Assembly: GCF_022539665.2 (NCBI RefSeq)
Contig: NC_081333.1
Span: 7,192,001 to 7,256,000, forward strand
Length of the DNA stretch: 64,000 nt
Reading direction: 5' to 3'
DNA from: Daphnia carinata
Taxonomy: Eukaryota
Numbering within the stretch: the first letter of the stretch is position 1; each line of letters starts with the position of its first letter. This document shows positions 26,562-39,000 of this stretch, one piece after another. The notes beneath the pieces were generated by a model. That model had not been told where the DNA came from. It saw only the letters and a program-made list of their open reading frames with translations, and did no database searches. The translations under genes and the position numbers were made by a program.

Positions 26562-29500
26562 TGCGCGCACTGTGTCTCACATCCACACGCTCCTGTGCGG
26601 GAGAGAAAATAAGATTTTTTTTTTTTTCTTCTTCGCTTATTGTTGATGTGAATTTTCCCCCTCTTCGACCTCCTCTTTCGCTTCACCTTCAGTCGTGCGT
26701 CAGAAGTGACTTGAGTGATTGGACCCTCTTTCAACTACAACTGTGCGGCAGTGTAGACGTGTATATATATATATATATATATCTGTGTCCGTGGCATATA
26801 CGTTATGTGTGTGTCTATACATACGTGTGTGTTGTATTCCTTTTCAGAAAAGAGCGAGAGGCAGATTACGTATTCTTTCTTTTTTGTTTTCGGCGGGGTC
26901 TAGACTGATGGCGGCGCGCTGGGATTGATTTCCATCAAAGCTTTCATTACATCGTGGAATGCCTATTTCCAATGATCAGATAAAAAAGGCAAGCAAGAGA
27001 AAAGGGGAGGAAAAAAGAGAAGCGGATAGAAACGAAACATCCTTTCCCATACGGCACCCACCCACACGTATAATGTACCGCGCATTTCGAACACCTATTC
27101 CCTATTTTGGTGGGCTGTTATTATAATCATTATGATTACATTCGATTTTTTATTTATATAATAACAGACTGTATAATGGCAGTAGTAGTAGTAGTAGTAG
27201 TAGTAAACGTGTGGCTTTGCTAATCAACCAATACGTTGTGAACGAGCGGCAGCATCTACGGATCGTTACACGATTTGTTTTCAACGACTCCTCCCGAACT
27301 TTGTTTTTTTTTTCTTTTTTTCTTACACGTTAGGAATGTTAGTAGCTATCACGAAGCTAATCGTCTTCATTATTTAAATCGGATCCTTATTTCGTTGCAA
27401 GCTAAGACGGAAGTCAATGCCATTCAGATATTTGAAACGCTTTTTGAGTTGAAGAAATGTTTGAAATTGCGCGAGTGAAATTTGCTTTCGTTGTTGTAGG
27501 TGTCTAAAATATACAACACGGAGCGCGTGTAATAGCAAAGAAGGAGGATGCACAGAGATGGGCAGCAGAAATGAAAGAAATAAAAATAAAGTGACCGAGG
27601 GTGGAACCTTTACGACAGGGTCGCGCACTGCGCTGTCGGCGGAAAAGGCTGTAAAAAAAAACAAAACAAAAAAAACTCTACCCACAGTCGTCCCCACACC
27701 GTTCAATTAGAGCCGTGTTACAACCCCGGCCACTTGGAAGCCTCCCCACCTCCCCGTAGGACAAAAAAAAAAAAAAACACCCAAAAAAGGTGCAGTGGAA
27801 TGTATAAGGACACGTAGGCATATAACTTTACGTATATATATACACGGGGAAAGGTAAAGCGCTATTTTTCTAAGACTATTTAGAAAAGAATGAAAGAAGA
27901 AGACGATAAACAACACATTTCTTTTTTTTTTTTTTTTTTTTTTTTTGTGACTTCTCTGTCGTGCCCCCTCCTCTCTAATAGATGCTATTGCTTATTGCTG
28001 AAGAGCTGGAGAAAAATGGATTTGTTGTCTTGTCAATTGGGACTCGTACGCGCCATGTGCGTCTCTATAAGCACCGATGCTAACAAACAACACACCGTTA
28101 CTTACCTGGTGTTTGTTGGCTTGAAAATGGCCGCACGGGTTCTTTGATTTTTAAATGGATTCACAGCAGCGGCGAGAAATGGTACAGCGAGGGGGTAAAA
28201 TGCAGTAAATACAACCGTATCACAAGCTAACAAATGAGGTGTGTAATGGGGGTCTGTTTTTTTTATTTCGCCCCGAGACTGTGCAGCAGGAGGAAACATT
28301 TGTGGAGGGGCTACATATTACAACAAGATGAAAAATGAGGCTTGTTTTTGGAAAATAAAATTTCGATTTTTTTTTTTTTTTTTTTAGCTAGAAGAATCGT
28401 GTTGTGCATATATTAAATTCATGATAGGGCCGTTGTAATTTACCTTAAACGTGAAATCCATCAAATCGTGAACAAGGCAAGGAGGGAAAACAACGAATTA
28501 TATTCTATCTAGCCGTAGACGTGGAATACACTTTGCGGGACTTGTAGTGTTAGCAGTGCTCTAGCAGTTGGGAATTCTTTAAGGAATGAAGGGCGTGTCA
28601 CGACTCTGGGGCGGAATTATTATATCGTTTTTTTTTTTTTTGTTATTTTCTTTCGTTCGTTTTTTTGTTTTTTTTGTTTTTTTTCTTGCGCCTCCACCCT
28701 GACTCCCTCCCTTCTCCTCCTTTTTCTTTCTTTCTTTTTTTTTGTGGTTCTGTTACGTCCTCCTCCTTGGCTTTCCTGCTCGTGATTAACGAGAGAGAGA
28801 CACGTTAATCATCATAAGTATCCGAAGCATTTGCATAAGTAGCCGATGCTCTGTGAGAGTTGGAGAGAGAGAGAGAGAGAGAGAGAAAAAAAAGAAGGGT
28901 GTTGATGGCGGCTTCCCTTTCCACATCAGTAGACAAGGCGAGGGAGAGCTCATTAGACGCAATTATAGCAGAACAAAAAAAAAATATATATATATATTTT
29001 TTTTTCTCTTTTTCTTTTCAAAATGTATGCTGAAAAGTTTGGGTGTAATATACGCTTCTCCGTAATTTCTACTTCATTTTTTTTTTTTTTTTTCTTATAG
29101 GGCAAACCAGACAGTGTGGGGGGTTAGAGAAAAAAAAAAAAAAAAGAAAGAGAAATTAGGGAGGTCTCGGTAGAATTTCGAGAACAATTAGCCAGGGGTC
29201 GAAATCACCAAACCTACATAAAAAAAATATATATATATCGATAAAGCACCAAGTACAGAATTATACGGCAATATCTCTTTTCACCTCAACAGTTATGTCC
29301 ATTTAGGTTGGGGAATTATTGTATTGGACAGCCGCTCGCGCGCGCGTTTCAAATGAATCGTTTTTCTTCACCATTTCTCTCTTCTTTCGAGATGGTCTTA
29401 GTGGGTCACTATGATCGCCATCGCGGCCTCCTTTTTTTCCCCCTCCGTTGTAGTGTCTTTATCTTGTTGCTCTTCTTCTTTTTGATCTTCGCTTCGCTTT

Positions 29501-32500
29501 TTATTGGATGGTCGTACCGATACTGTAATGAAGTCATTCCAAGGTTCTCTTCTCCTTCAAGAAGGAACATGTTATTTATTTTTAAATGGACCGGAAAGAT
29601 GTGCCCGAACTGATAGAGAGAGAAACACGGACATGTACTGGAACCCCCCTAAGAAAAGAAAAGAAAAAAAAAAAAATTCAAACGGAACCAATTCGACTGA
29701 TGAACTTGCCCAACTCGAGTCCCTTTTTTTTTTTTTGTTCGACAATGAACTGGTCAAAAGAAATTTTTTTTTTTTAAATGCGCTACAACATGTATACATA
29801 AGTTTAGCCCAGCACTATCTGTCTCTTCGTAGAGACTGTACACTCTGTTGTTGTTGTGCCTGCGTGTGTGTGTGCGTGTGTCTAAACGACCTCCATGTCC
29901 TCCCCTCTTTCCACATTTTTTTTTTTTTTTTTTTTTACCTCTCCACAGGCCCGTAGAGCACAGCGGCATTTGAAAATGTTTTCAGTTTCTCACAGGCAAA
30001 AACGCTTTTTCTCTCTCTCTCTCGTCTATACATCTGTATATAACATACGTATGCCAGACTATATAGTTGAAGAGTGTGTAGCTATATTGACAAGGAAAAG
30101 CATGCTGCAAACGAACATTTTAGTGACATAATAAACGAGCCACAGGGATCTTCTTCGCTATATATACCTGTCCTCTTGCTTAACAGACGGAGTTTTGCTG
30201 ATGGCTTCTTCTTTTGGGAGGGGGGGGGGGGTGTTTAATGAACGACCCATCTCTTCTATCTCTATTTTTCTTTTGTGTTGTTTTTTTCCTTTTTTTTTTT
30301 TCAGAGAAGAGGACAGAGAGAAAAAGTTTTTATTCTTTCCTGGGTGGTAATACAATGTCATTCCTCTTGCTTTGTTTTCCTTTTTTTTTCCTACCCCGAA
30401 AAAAAAAAAAATGTTTGAACCAGAAGTTTCAGTAGAGGGGGGAAGGAAATTCGAAACGGGATATGTCACAGACGCATGCGCACAAGGTAAACCGTATCGG
30501 TCTTAAATACGGTTTCTGAAGTTGAGCACACATAAAAAAACAAAACAAAAAAAAAACAATGACAGGGAGGGTTTTTAGTCTCTAATGTGTGTCTCGTTGA
30601 ACAACAACAAATGGGCCAACTTTTTCAATGAATTACCAATAGATGATGACAACCGGTTTTTTTTTTTTTTTTTTTTTTTGCTCCCTTCCCCCGTCTCTGT
30701 TTTGTTTGTCGTTTGCTGGCCCGTCTGGTAAATAAGGGAAAAGAATGTGCACACTATTTGGATAGGATTTCATTATTGTATTCTTTTTTTTTGTGTGTGT
30801 TGGCTAATCGTTAACTCATCTGAATGCGCTGTGGAAATCACGAAAGCCAAAAGAACTTTCAAGTTTTCCGCTCTTATCTTTTGGAAGCAAAAAAGAAAAA
30901 GAAAAAAAAAATTGAGATTCTAGAATGTAAGAAAATGCCGGATCCGCGTGCATGTGTGTCACGGTGTGTAACGAAGTGTCTTGAAAGATTCGCCGCCTTA
31001 ACGCCAACCGGACGCCATCACCTTGTTGATACGTCCGTCACTTTGATTCGACATTTCATTTTTCCTCTCCTCCCCCCTCCGTTTTATAAGCGATCAACAT
31101 TCACGCGCTCACGCCTATCTTCCCAAAATAAATGTTATTTTGATTGTACAGCCAAGCGTGCACGTCCCAGGTAAAGGTCACTAGTAACATCGGTCACGAC
31201 GGACGGTTGCGCGGCAGGCGCTGGCGGTAAACAAAACAAAAAAAAACAAAAAAAATCGGCAGTTGAAGGACGTGGATCACTAACCAAAATCTCAAGTCCA
31301 GTTTTAATTGCCCTTTTGGAATTCCTTGCGCCCGCTATTTATTTATTTTTTTTTTTTAATATTACCTTTTCGTTTTAATCAGTTGTAGCGTTTCTTATGT
31401 CTCGGAGAGCAATAACAAAAACAATCTCTACGCTAAATTGCGTATATTTTGTTTTTTTGTTTTTTTTTTGCTCTTTGAAATGTTTTGGTTTTTTTCCCTC
31501 CCGTGTATGCGTGTAATCTTTTGAGTTTGATCGTCGTCCGTGTGAATAACCCGAGACGTGGAAATATGAAAAGAGACGGTAATGTTTTACACGTTTATTT
31601 ATTTATTTATTTTTTTTCGTTTTTTTTTTTCATCGGAATTTTGTTTTATATTACCGCATTCCTCCCTTCACGGTGTTATTTTTTTTCCTTTCTTGTATTC
31701 GGTCGGGATTTTTATTACAACATTCACCCAATGTCGCCACACCAGTTGACTTGGCCGTAGTGTAATAATACCGCCGTCCGGCAAATCGGCTTTGTATACC
31801 TTGTTATAATTCTTTATTACCACGTGTAGGCTATCCAGATAAAAAAAAGAAAATTGTCCTCGTATGGTTTCAACTTCAGAAACATTATCATCGGTGACAT
31901 TTTAGATTTACTGGACGCAGCCACATTCGTGTGGGTGTAGTTTTTGGCGGAAGCGCACCGGCCGATTCCTTTTTGTACAGAGGTTTCGTTCGTTAAAGAG
32001 ACGCGGCATTATCTAGAAGCTGGATCTTTCTCGTTTTTTTTTTTTTTTTTTATTTGTATGGGACTTGTCCACTTAAACGCTACTAATAAAGTACACACAC
32101 ACACACACACAAATCAAATGCGGTGCAGACGTTGAGACTGGCGGGCGTCTATCACGCGTAGTCGGATGTAAAGAGAGTCAAGAGCATTTCTTTTCGTCCG
32201 GAGCCAACCAATTGGACATTGCTTTTATTTTTTTTTTTTTTGGTGTATATATCTGGGGGTTTATTATTCATTTTTTTTTTTTTCCCTCTCCCTTTCTTAT
32301 GTTTTTTTCTTCACCCCAGAAAAAACCACACAGTCCCGACTACCGGATTTTCACGATCGTCGCGCCGTCTTTACGACGAGCCATTCCGACAACATTTGTC
32401 GGGACCTTTTTCTTTTTTTTTTTTTTTTTTTTTTTGCTTTTGTGCCTTCGGTTCGCCGCGCCCAGTGGCCTTTAAATATGTAGAGACACGAACAAATGAC

Positions 32501-33431
32501 ACTGTTAAGCTCACTAAGCAACAAAAAAAAAAAAAAAAAGAAAAATAATAATAATAAAAAATAAAAACAAAACGCCGTCGAAAAAAAAAAAAGAAAAAAA
32601 AAAATAAACACTCAAAAAATGGAACGCGATCGTTTGGCGTGTTTTCGTTTTGGATTCACCGTTTGATCGCCGACAGCGACACTCTAGCTGCCAAACGTGT
32701 GCTATTAACGTTTCTTCGAACCGCCACGAAGCGATGGTTACCTAGATAATTTTTTTTTTTTTTTTTTTTTCTGAGGGTTGGCTATTGTTTTCTTGGTTAT
32801 TTAGTGATTTTTTTTTTTTGTTTTTTGCTGTTGTTTGTTTGTTGCCTTTTATTTATGGCCTTTTCTTATGTTCTTTTGTTGAACGTCGTCGACCTCGCGC
32901 AGATTTTTTTTTTTTCCTACTTTTCGTGTGTGTGTGTGTGTTGTTATTCCTGAATAGTGATGAAGGGAAAAAGGGAAATTTCGGGGGTGCAATGTATGTT
33001 TTTCTCTTTAGAAAAAAAAAAAAAAAGAGAAGAAAAAAGGGACGGAGAAAAAGTAAAGGAATTTCTGGCAGTTACGTGTCAAAAGGGACCGCCACCACCA
33101 TCGTCTCTATGAGTCTACTCGCTCAAGTGGATTGCTCAATCATACAGAGAGAGAGTTTTTTTTTTCCCCTTAAAAGAAAGAAAGTCTGGGCAACAAGGGA
33201 AGAGACAGAGAGAGAGAGAGAGAGAGAAGGCGTCCAATGTAATGAATTCAAGAAGCGCCGCTGCGTTCCAGAAAAAAAAAAAAAAAGAATTTTTGCGCCT
33301 CGATTCCAATTTCTTGTGCATTTCTGACCCGAACCGTTCCCATATCACCAACTTGGTTGACTCCTTGACCGGATCTTTACCAGCATTTTTATTTTTTCGC
33401 CTCTTCTACGTCACGATGTTGTTAGACTGGC

Positions 33432-33467
<36 letters not shown>

Positions 33468-35602
33468 TCGCCTCACAGTTTTGTAGGAGCCACAACGACT
33501 GGCGCCCCCGTAAACCCTCGGCGCGAGTCATCTGTGCGGCTACCGCATTTTTGGTTTCGTTTGAAATGCGCTAGCGTGATTCACGCTAGCGCCTGCACTC
33601 CTCCTCCTCGTTGTCGCCGTCTTTAGGACGGAGAGGGGAAAAAAAAAAGGCGAAACAAAACAACATCTCATAAAACAGACAACAAGAAAAGACGGGATGG
33701 AAGGCAGCGATAGATAAACTGGCCGCATAAAGTCGTGCGGTGCTGCAGCGTTCAGTCGTGTTTTGATCGAGATTCCACTTAGATCGGCCTCGGACTCCAT
33801 TCTTTTTATTGCTCCTTCTCTTGTTTATTCGACTATTTGATTTTCGTTCGGCATTTTCAATAACAAGAGCCAACAGATAAGAGCCCTAGTGCGTTGTGGT
33901 GTCGGCCAGTTGAACTGTAACCCAGTGGTGTTGCCTGCGTTCCATTATCACGCCGATATTGAGCGCGCTCGATGCGTCGTCTAGTGAATCTTTGTCGATA
34001 GTTTCGTGCGTCGCGAGGTTCAACTGCGGCCATGCGAGCCAACGGATTATGTTGCGCCACCTCCGCCTCCCCTTCCGCTTGTCGTTATCCAGGTGAGATG
34101 CCATAGCCCATCCAATTTAAATGAAATGCACACATTTCAATGTCGGATTTTTTTTTTCCCCTGAGTTATGCGGAACACTGCCGCTATGCTTTCAAGGCCT
34201 ACCGTAATCTCTGTAAGGGAAAAAAAAAATGCCAGGCCCTGATTGTGAACGGCGTGCGGTTAGCGATAGATTACATATGCCCCCGTACATGTTTTAGTCA
34301 TTACGCAATCAAGTGGCAAGGACGTCTGATTTCCCGTCGTGTATGCAGCGTGAGCCGAGAGATGAACTCTCCTATTTTCTCCGATGGAAACAGGTGCAAT
34401 ATACCGAGTCATTCTGCCAAGTTAGACACGGAATAAGGAAGAATAGATGACGGCATCTCTCTTATTTATGGTTCCATCCTGGTAAAGCTTTAGGGTTTCC
34501 CCCCTTTGGATTCACCAAAGCTCGATATCCTTTTTACACGTTGCTCACGCTTCCTTTGCCCTTATCTTTTCACTAAAATAGATTTACGCTAAGCCAAAGA
34601 CGATGTCTGTATTTGATAAGCGAATTCCCCGACCAACCGCCTATACGGTTGACGTAGATAGTCCGATCCGAATGTTCTGTCCCCGAAATCTGTGCTTCTC
34701 TTTCTCACTCTGATCTTCGTTGGGTGTGCATCGATTTTAAAATTTGTGTTTTCTTTTTTTTTTTTTATGTTTAGGATACTGAGAAACGCCGTCCTAGCGG
34801 AATTATTACTTTTCCTGATGGTGAGTCACTATTTCAGACAATCAATTCGGTCTATGTTTTCGGTGTGTGTATGTGTGTGCAATGTGTTGTGCGGGCAAAC
34901 GGGCTGTGTGATGCCGCGACGTCCGCATTCGCTGACGCATAGGCACAAGTGCGCGTGAGTTTGTGCAACAAGATTGCTTCGAATCGACAGTTTGATTCAA
35001 CACAAGCCCGAAACAAACGAGAACCCGCTCCTCATCCACGCCAGATGTTTTAGCAGCAGCCAGCAAAAGGCATCATCGAGACGCAAGAGAATTACGATGG
35101 CATGATGTCATGAAGTCGCACGTCAATGAGGCAAAAATTATGTCCTCTTCACGCTGTGCTATGCGGCTGGATTAGAAAGGTTGTTGGGTATATCAGCAGA
35201 GTAGTTTGCACTCGATTTTGAGTACATCGAGAAGGGAAAAGGAAATAGAAATCCTCTTGTCGTTATTTATTTGTACGTCGAAAAAAGAAAGAAGAGGATA
35301 ACAGCCAGCCAAATGATAAAAAAATCTCCAATATTAGAAAAGGAATAATTATTGGAGTGGGGTTCAGAGGCCATTGGTTCTCTCGCTAAGGGAGTGATGA
35401 ATGAATTTGCATACCGATTGCTGGTCATGTGTGGCCATAGATGATCAAACAATGAGTCGCTAGAAAAATGGCTCAACGCAAACACACGCAAAGGCGACGT
35501 GCGTAGTTGGTGTTAATAACGAAAAACCTTGGCATCGTTATTTTTTAAAAATTCTTTTACTACTAGATTCTTCTATTTCATTTTTTTTTTTTTTTTTTTT
35601 TC

Positions 35603-35634
<32 letters not shown>

Positions 35635-36014
35635 AATTTGTTTGCCCTTCAGGTGGCGAATTGCGCACCAAGCAGGCCGCGGGAGGACGCCGGCCGAGTG
35701 CCCGGAAATCCAGCAGCATCATATCTACCGTCCGTCGTTAGTAGTAGCAGTGGTAGCAGCAGTCTTAAAAGCGGACACAGGAGAAAGGCGGGGCCGATTT
35801 CTTCCGCTAAAGGAAATGCAACTGCTTCTGAACGAACCGACCCCGCCGCCTTCATCGTCAAAGATCATCCGCCCAACGAAATCGCCGGATTGCAGAGGGT
35901 CTACAGATGGAGCACGGCTTGCTCGTCGCTCCGTTCCGGCGGCGATCTGTTGCGTCTCCTGCCCAATGGAACTGTCGACGCTCGCGGCGGTCCCACTGAC
36001 CCAGACAGTGAGTT

Positions 36015-36049
<35 letters not shown>

Positions 36050-39000
36050 ATTCTAAATCATTCAAAATACGTGATTTTTTCTTCTTCGCTGTCTGCGTTT
36101 TCATCTCTGGCGTTTGTTTGCTGTGTTTGTCGACGCGATTTGATTAAAAAGAGTGGAACACACGGGATTCTCCATTGAGACTGTGAATGTAAGCGTCCAG
36201 TAACGTCTCCCCAAAAGAAGACATCCATTCAGAAAGTCGTTGACAATGAGAACAACAGCTCTATACAACTCGTTCAAGTGAACTACTACTGCATTCTTCC
36301 TTTTTGGGAAAGGGGAGGGGGGAATGTTACGAAATTAGTTTTATTTTTCTCTTTGCTGGCCCGTAGTCTGTCGGCGACCTTAACTGTTAACTTCCAGCTA
36401 TTACCACTAGTACTATGACCACTACGCGAAGAGAACAAGAAGGCAAAAATTTCAACAAAATAAAATGAGAGAGCTAAAAGAGAAGTGGGCAAAAAAAAAA
36501 AAAGCAAAAGAGGAAGGAAAGCTGGGCGAATATTGACACAGGCCCCCACTTCTGTCTGCGCTCACCGTTGTCGATGTGAAAACGTTCGTCTCAATATTCC
36601 CGCGCGCGAGTTAACTGCAGACACTTACACGCACGCATATGTACTAGCGTCAACTAACCAACTCGAGTGTTGTGTCATCTGTGTCAATAACAAACACGGC
36701 AGTCATTAGTTTGACTTCTTGTACGTATGAGTGTTTTCTTCTTCCTCTTTGTTTTCCTTTTTTCTTTCGTTTTTATCTTAAAACATTTTCCTCGGCTGCG
36801 ATGATTTTTGAATGGATGCGCGCAACACTGGCCTCCATTCAATTCTAGTACTGAAAATTTGTTTGCAAGAAACGCAGAAAAACGTTTTGGAAAAATTCTT
36901 TTCTTCTTTTGATTGGTTCATGGTTTTTTTTATTGTAGATGTAACAGTAGGTAGGCAAACTGATGAACCTGATGAACTCGGAAAATTGGGGGATATAACT
37001 GTCAATGATTGACATTCGTCTATCGGTCACCATAAAAGTTGAGCCGTCTATCGCAATGCGTTGAGTGTCCATCGCAACAGTCAGCTTTCTATTTGATTTA
37101 GGCTTTTGAGATGAAAAGCTGAATAAATAAAAATGGAGCTACGATTGAGCCTTAGATTTCAATTCATCCCTCTCTATTTATGTCCCCCCCCCCCCTTGAG
37201 GAAGAGACTAAATAATTGAGAGCACGACATCGCTAATCCCACTTGTGACGTTGTCGGGACCGTGTCGAAACAAAAACCTTCAGCGTTGCGGGGCAACGTT
37301 TAAACTTATGTCCGGCGAAGCTTTGCTCTTCTTTAATCTTCGCCGTGGCCTGAATTTTTTCTTTCCTTTTTATCTGATGACGTTGGTAGTCTTCACAGTC
37401 TCGGACACGCATAATGTTGTTGGCAAGAAATCATTTTGTCTGTGTGTGCGCTCGTGTTAACATTGGGGAATGTGGCGTGACGAGTGACAATAAAGCCAAC
37501 AACAACCAAAAAGAAAGATAAAATTCCAAAAGAAAAGCGCAATATTTATTTAAATTTGTGTTGTTGATTTTGTTTCCGATTGCAGCTGATATCGAACTGT
37601 CTTCGGTCGGTCCCGACGGCAAGGTCTACATTCGCTCCAAGACCAGAAACCTTTACCTCTGCTTCACCAAGAAGGGCAAACTCGTCACCAGGGTAAGAAA
37701 AATTCCATTTTATTCCCCACGTTTCACAAGCCAAATCTCCATATAGTCCCTCAGGCACGTAGAAAACAAAAAAAAAAAAATAAATAAATAAAGGGCCGTG
37801 ACGATAAAGATGTCGAATGTTTGGACCAAACGACATTCGTGATCGTAAATCAAAATACTCTCAGAGAGAATGTCTTTTTTAAAGCAAAAAAAAAAAAAAA
37901 AGGGGCGACAGCAATGCGTCGAAACACTCGAATAGTTGTCAATATGGCCGTAGTAATAAAAAAAAAAAAAAATCAAACGACCGCGCTAGCGTTGTAATGG
38001 ATGTTGCACTTTTTATTCATGCCATTCTCTCTTTCTCTTTCTCTCGTTGCACCTGTTTTTTTTTTTTCGTGTTCGCGTTAACGCAGGAAAAGCCCGGAGA
38101 GGACAAGACGCTGTGTCAATTCTACGATATGCTGTGGCAGGGCAACAGGCGCTTCGTCAGCGTCTACCGCCGCAATCAGCAGCAGAAGAAGGCACGCAAA
38201 ATCTCGCACCACCAAGTGCCATGGTCGGTGCCGTTGCCCGGCTCACAGGATAGGAGCTGGAAAGATGGAAATGCTGCGTTACCACCTGCCAATGGCCAGG
38301 GCGTAGGACTGCCCGATGGCCAGTTGCACACGGACGATTGGCAGGTCGGTTTCGGTCGGTCGGGCGAGTCTCTCAAAGGCTCTGCCTGGCGCAATTCCAA
38401 GCATCGCAACTGCTTCGACCTGGTCGAGCATGTCGACCATGTTCGTTCGTCAGATACCGAACAAGTGTCGCCCGTTGGAAGCAATCAAATGTCGCTGATC
38501 TTTCAACGTGAAAACAGTGTACCAGAACGATCGGCTACTGCTGTTGGCGTCGATAAACCCAAAAAGATATCGATCAGCAGTCCGGCACGTAAAAGCAAGG
38601 CCAGCCATCAGGAGAAGAGTCCAGCCAAGGACAGGGACGCTGGCAGTAGTGCTAGTGTTAGTGGTGTCAGTAAAAACAGTCTGGGACGGACAGCCGTCAA
38701 TCACAAAAACGTTGGCGCGTCGAGTAATAGCTGGAAATCGGGTCTCAAAGAGGGTGGAACTGGCAGACGGAACAAGATCCACCACCACTCGTCGGGTAGG
38801 GGCGGCAGCCCGATAAAGGGAGCCGCTGCCGTGAGTGAGGAACACGGGCGAGCACCGCGGCCGAGAGTCGATAAAACGAACGCGAAAGAAGTGAGCGCCA
38901 AAACGCAAGTCGGGGGGAAGTCGCATCCGGCGGAGACGGAACTGTTTGCGCCCGTCGAGTTTTGGAAGAACAAACTGGTGCTCGACGATGCCCCAGCTGC

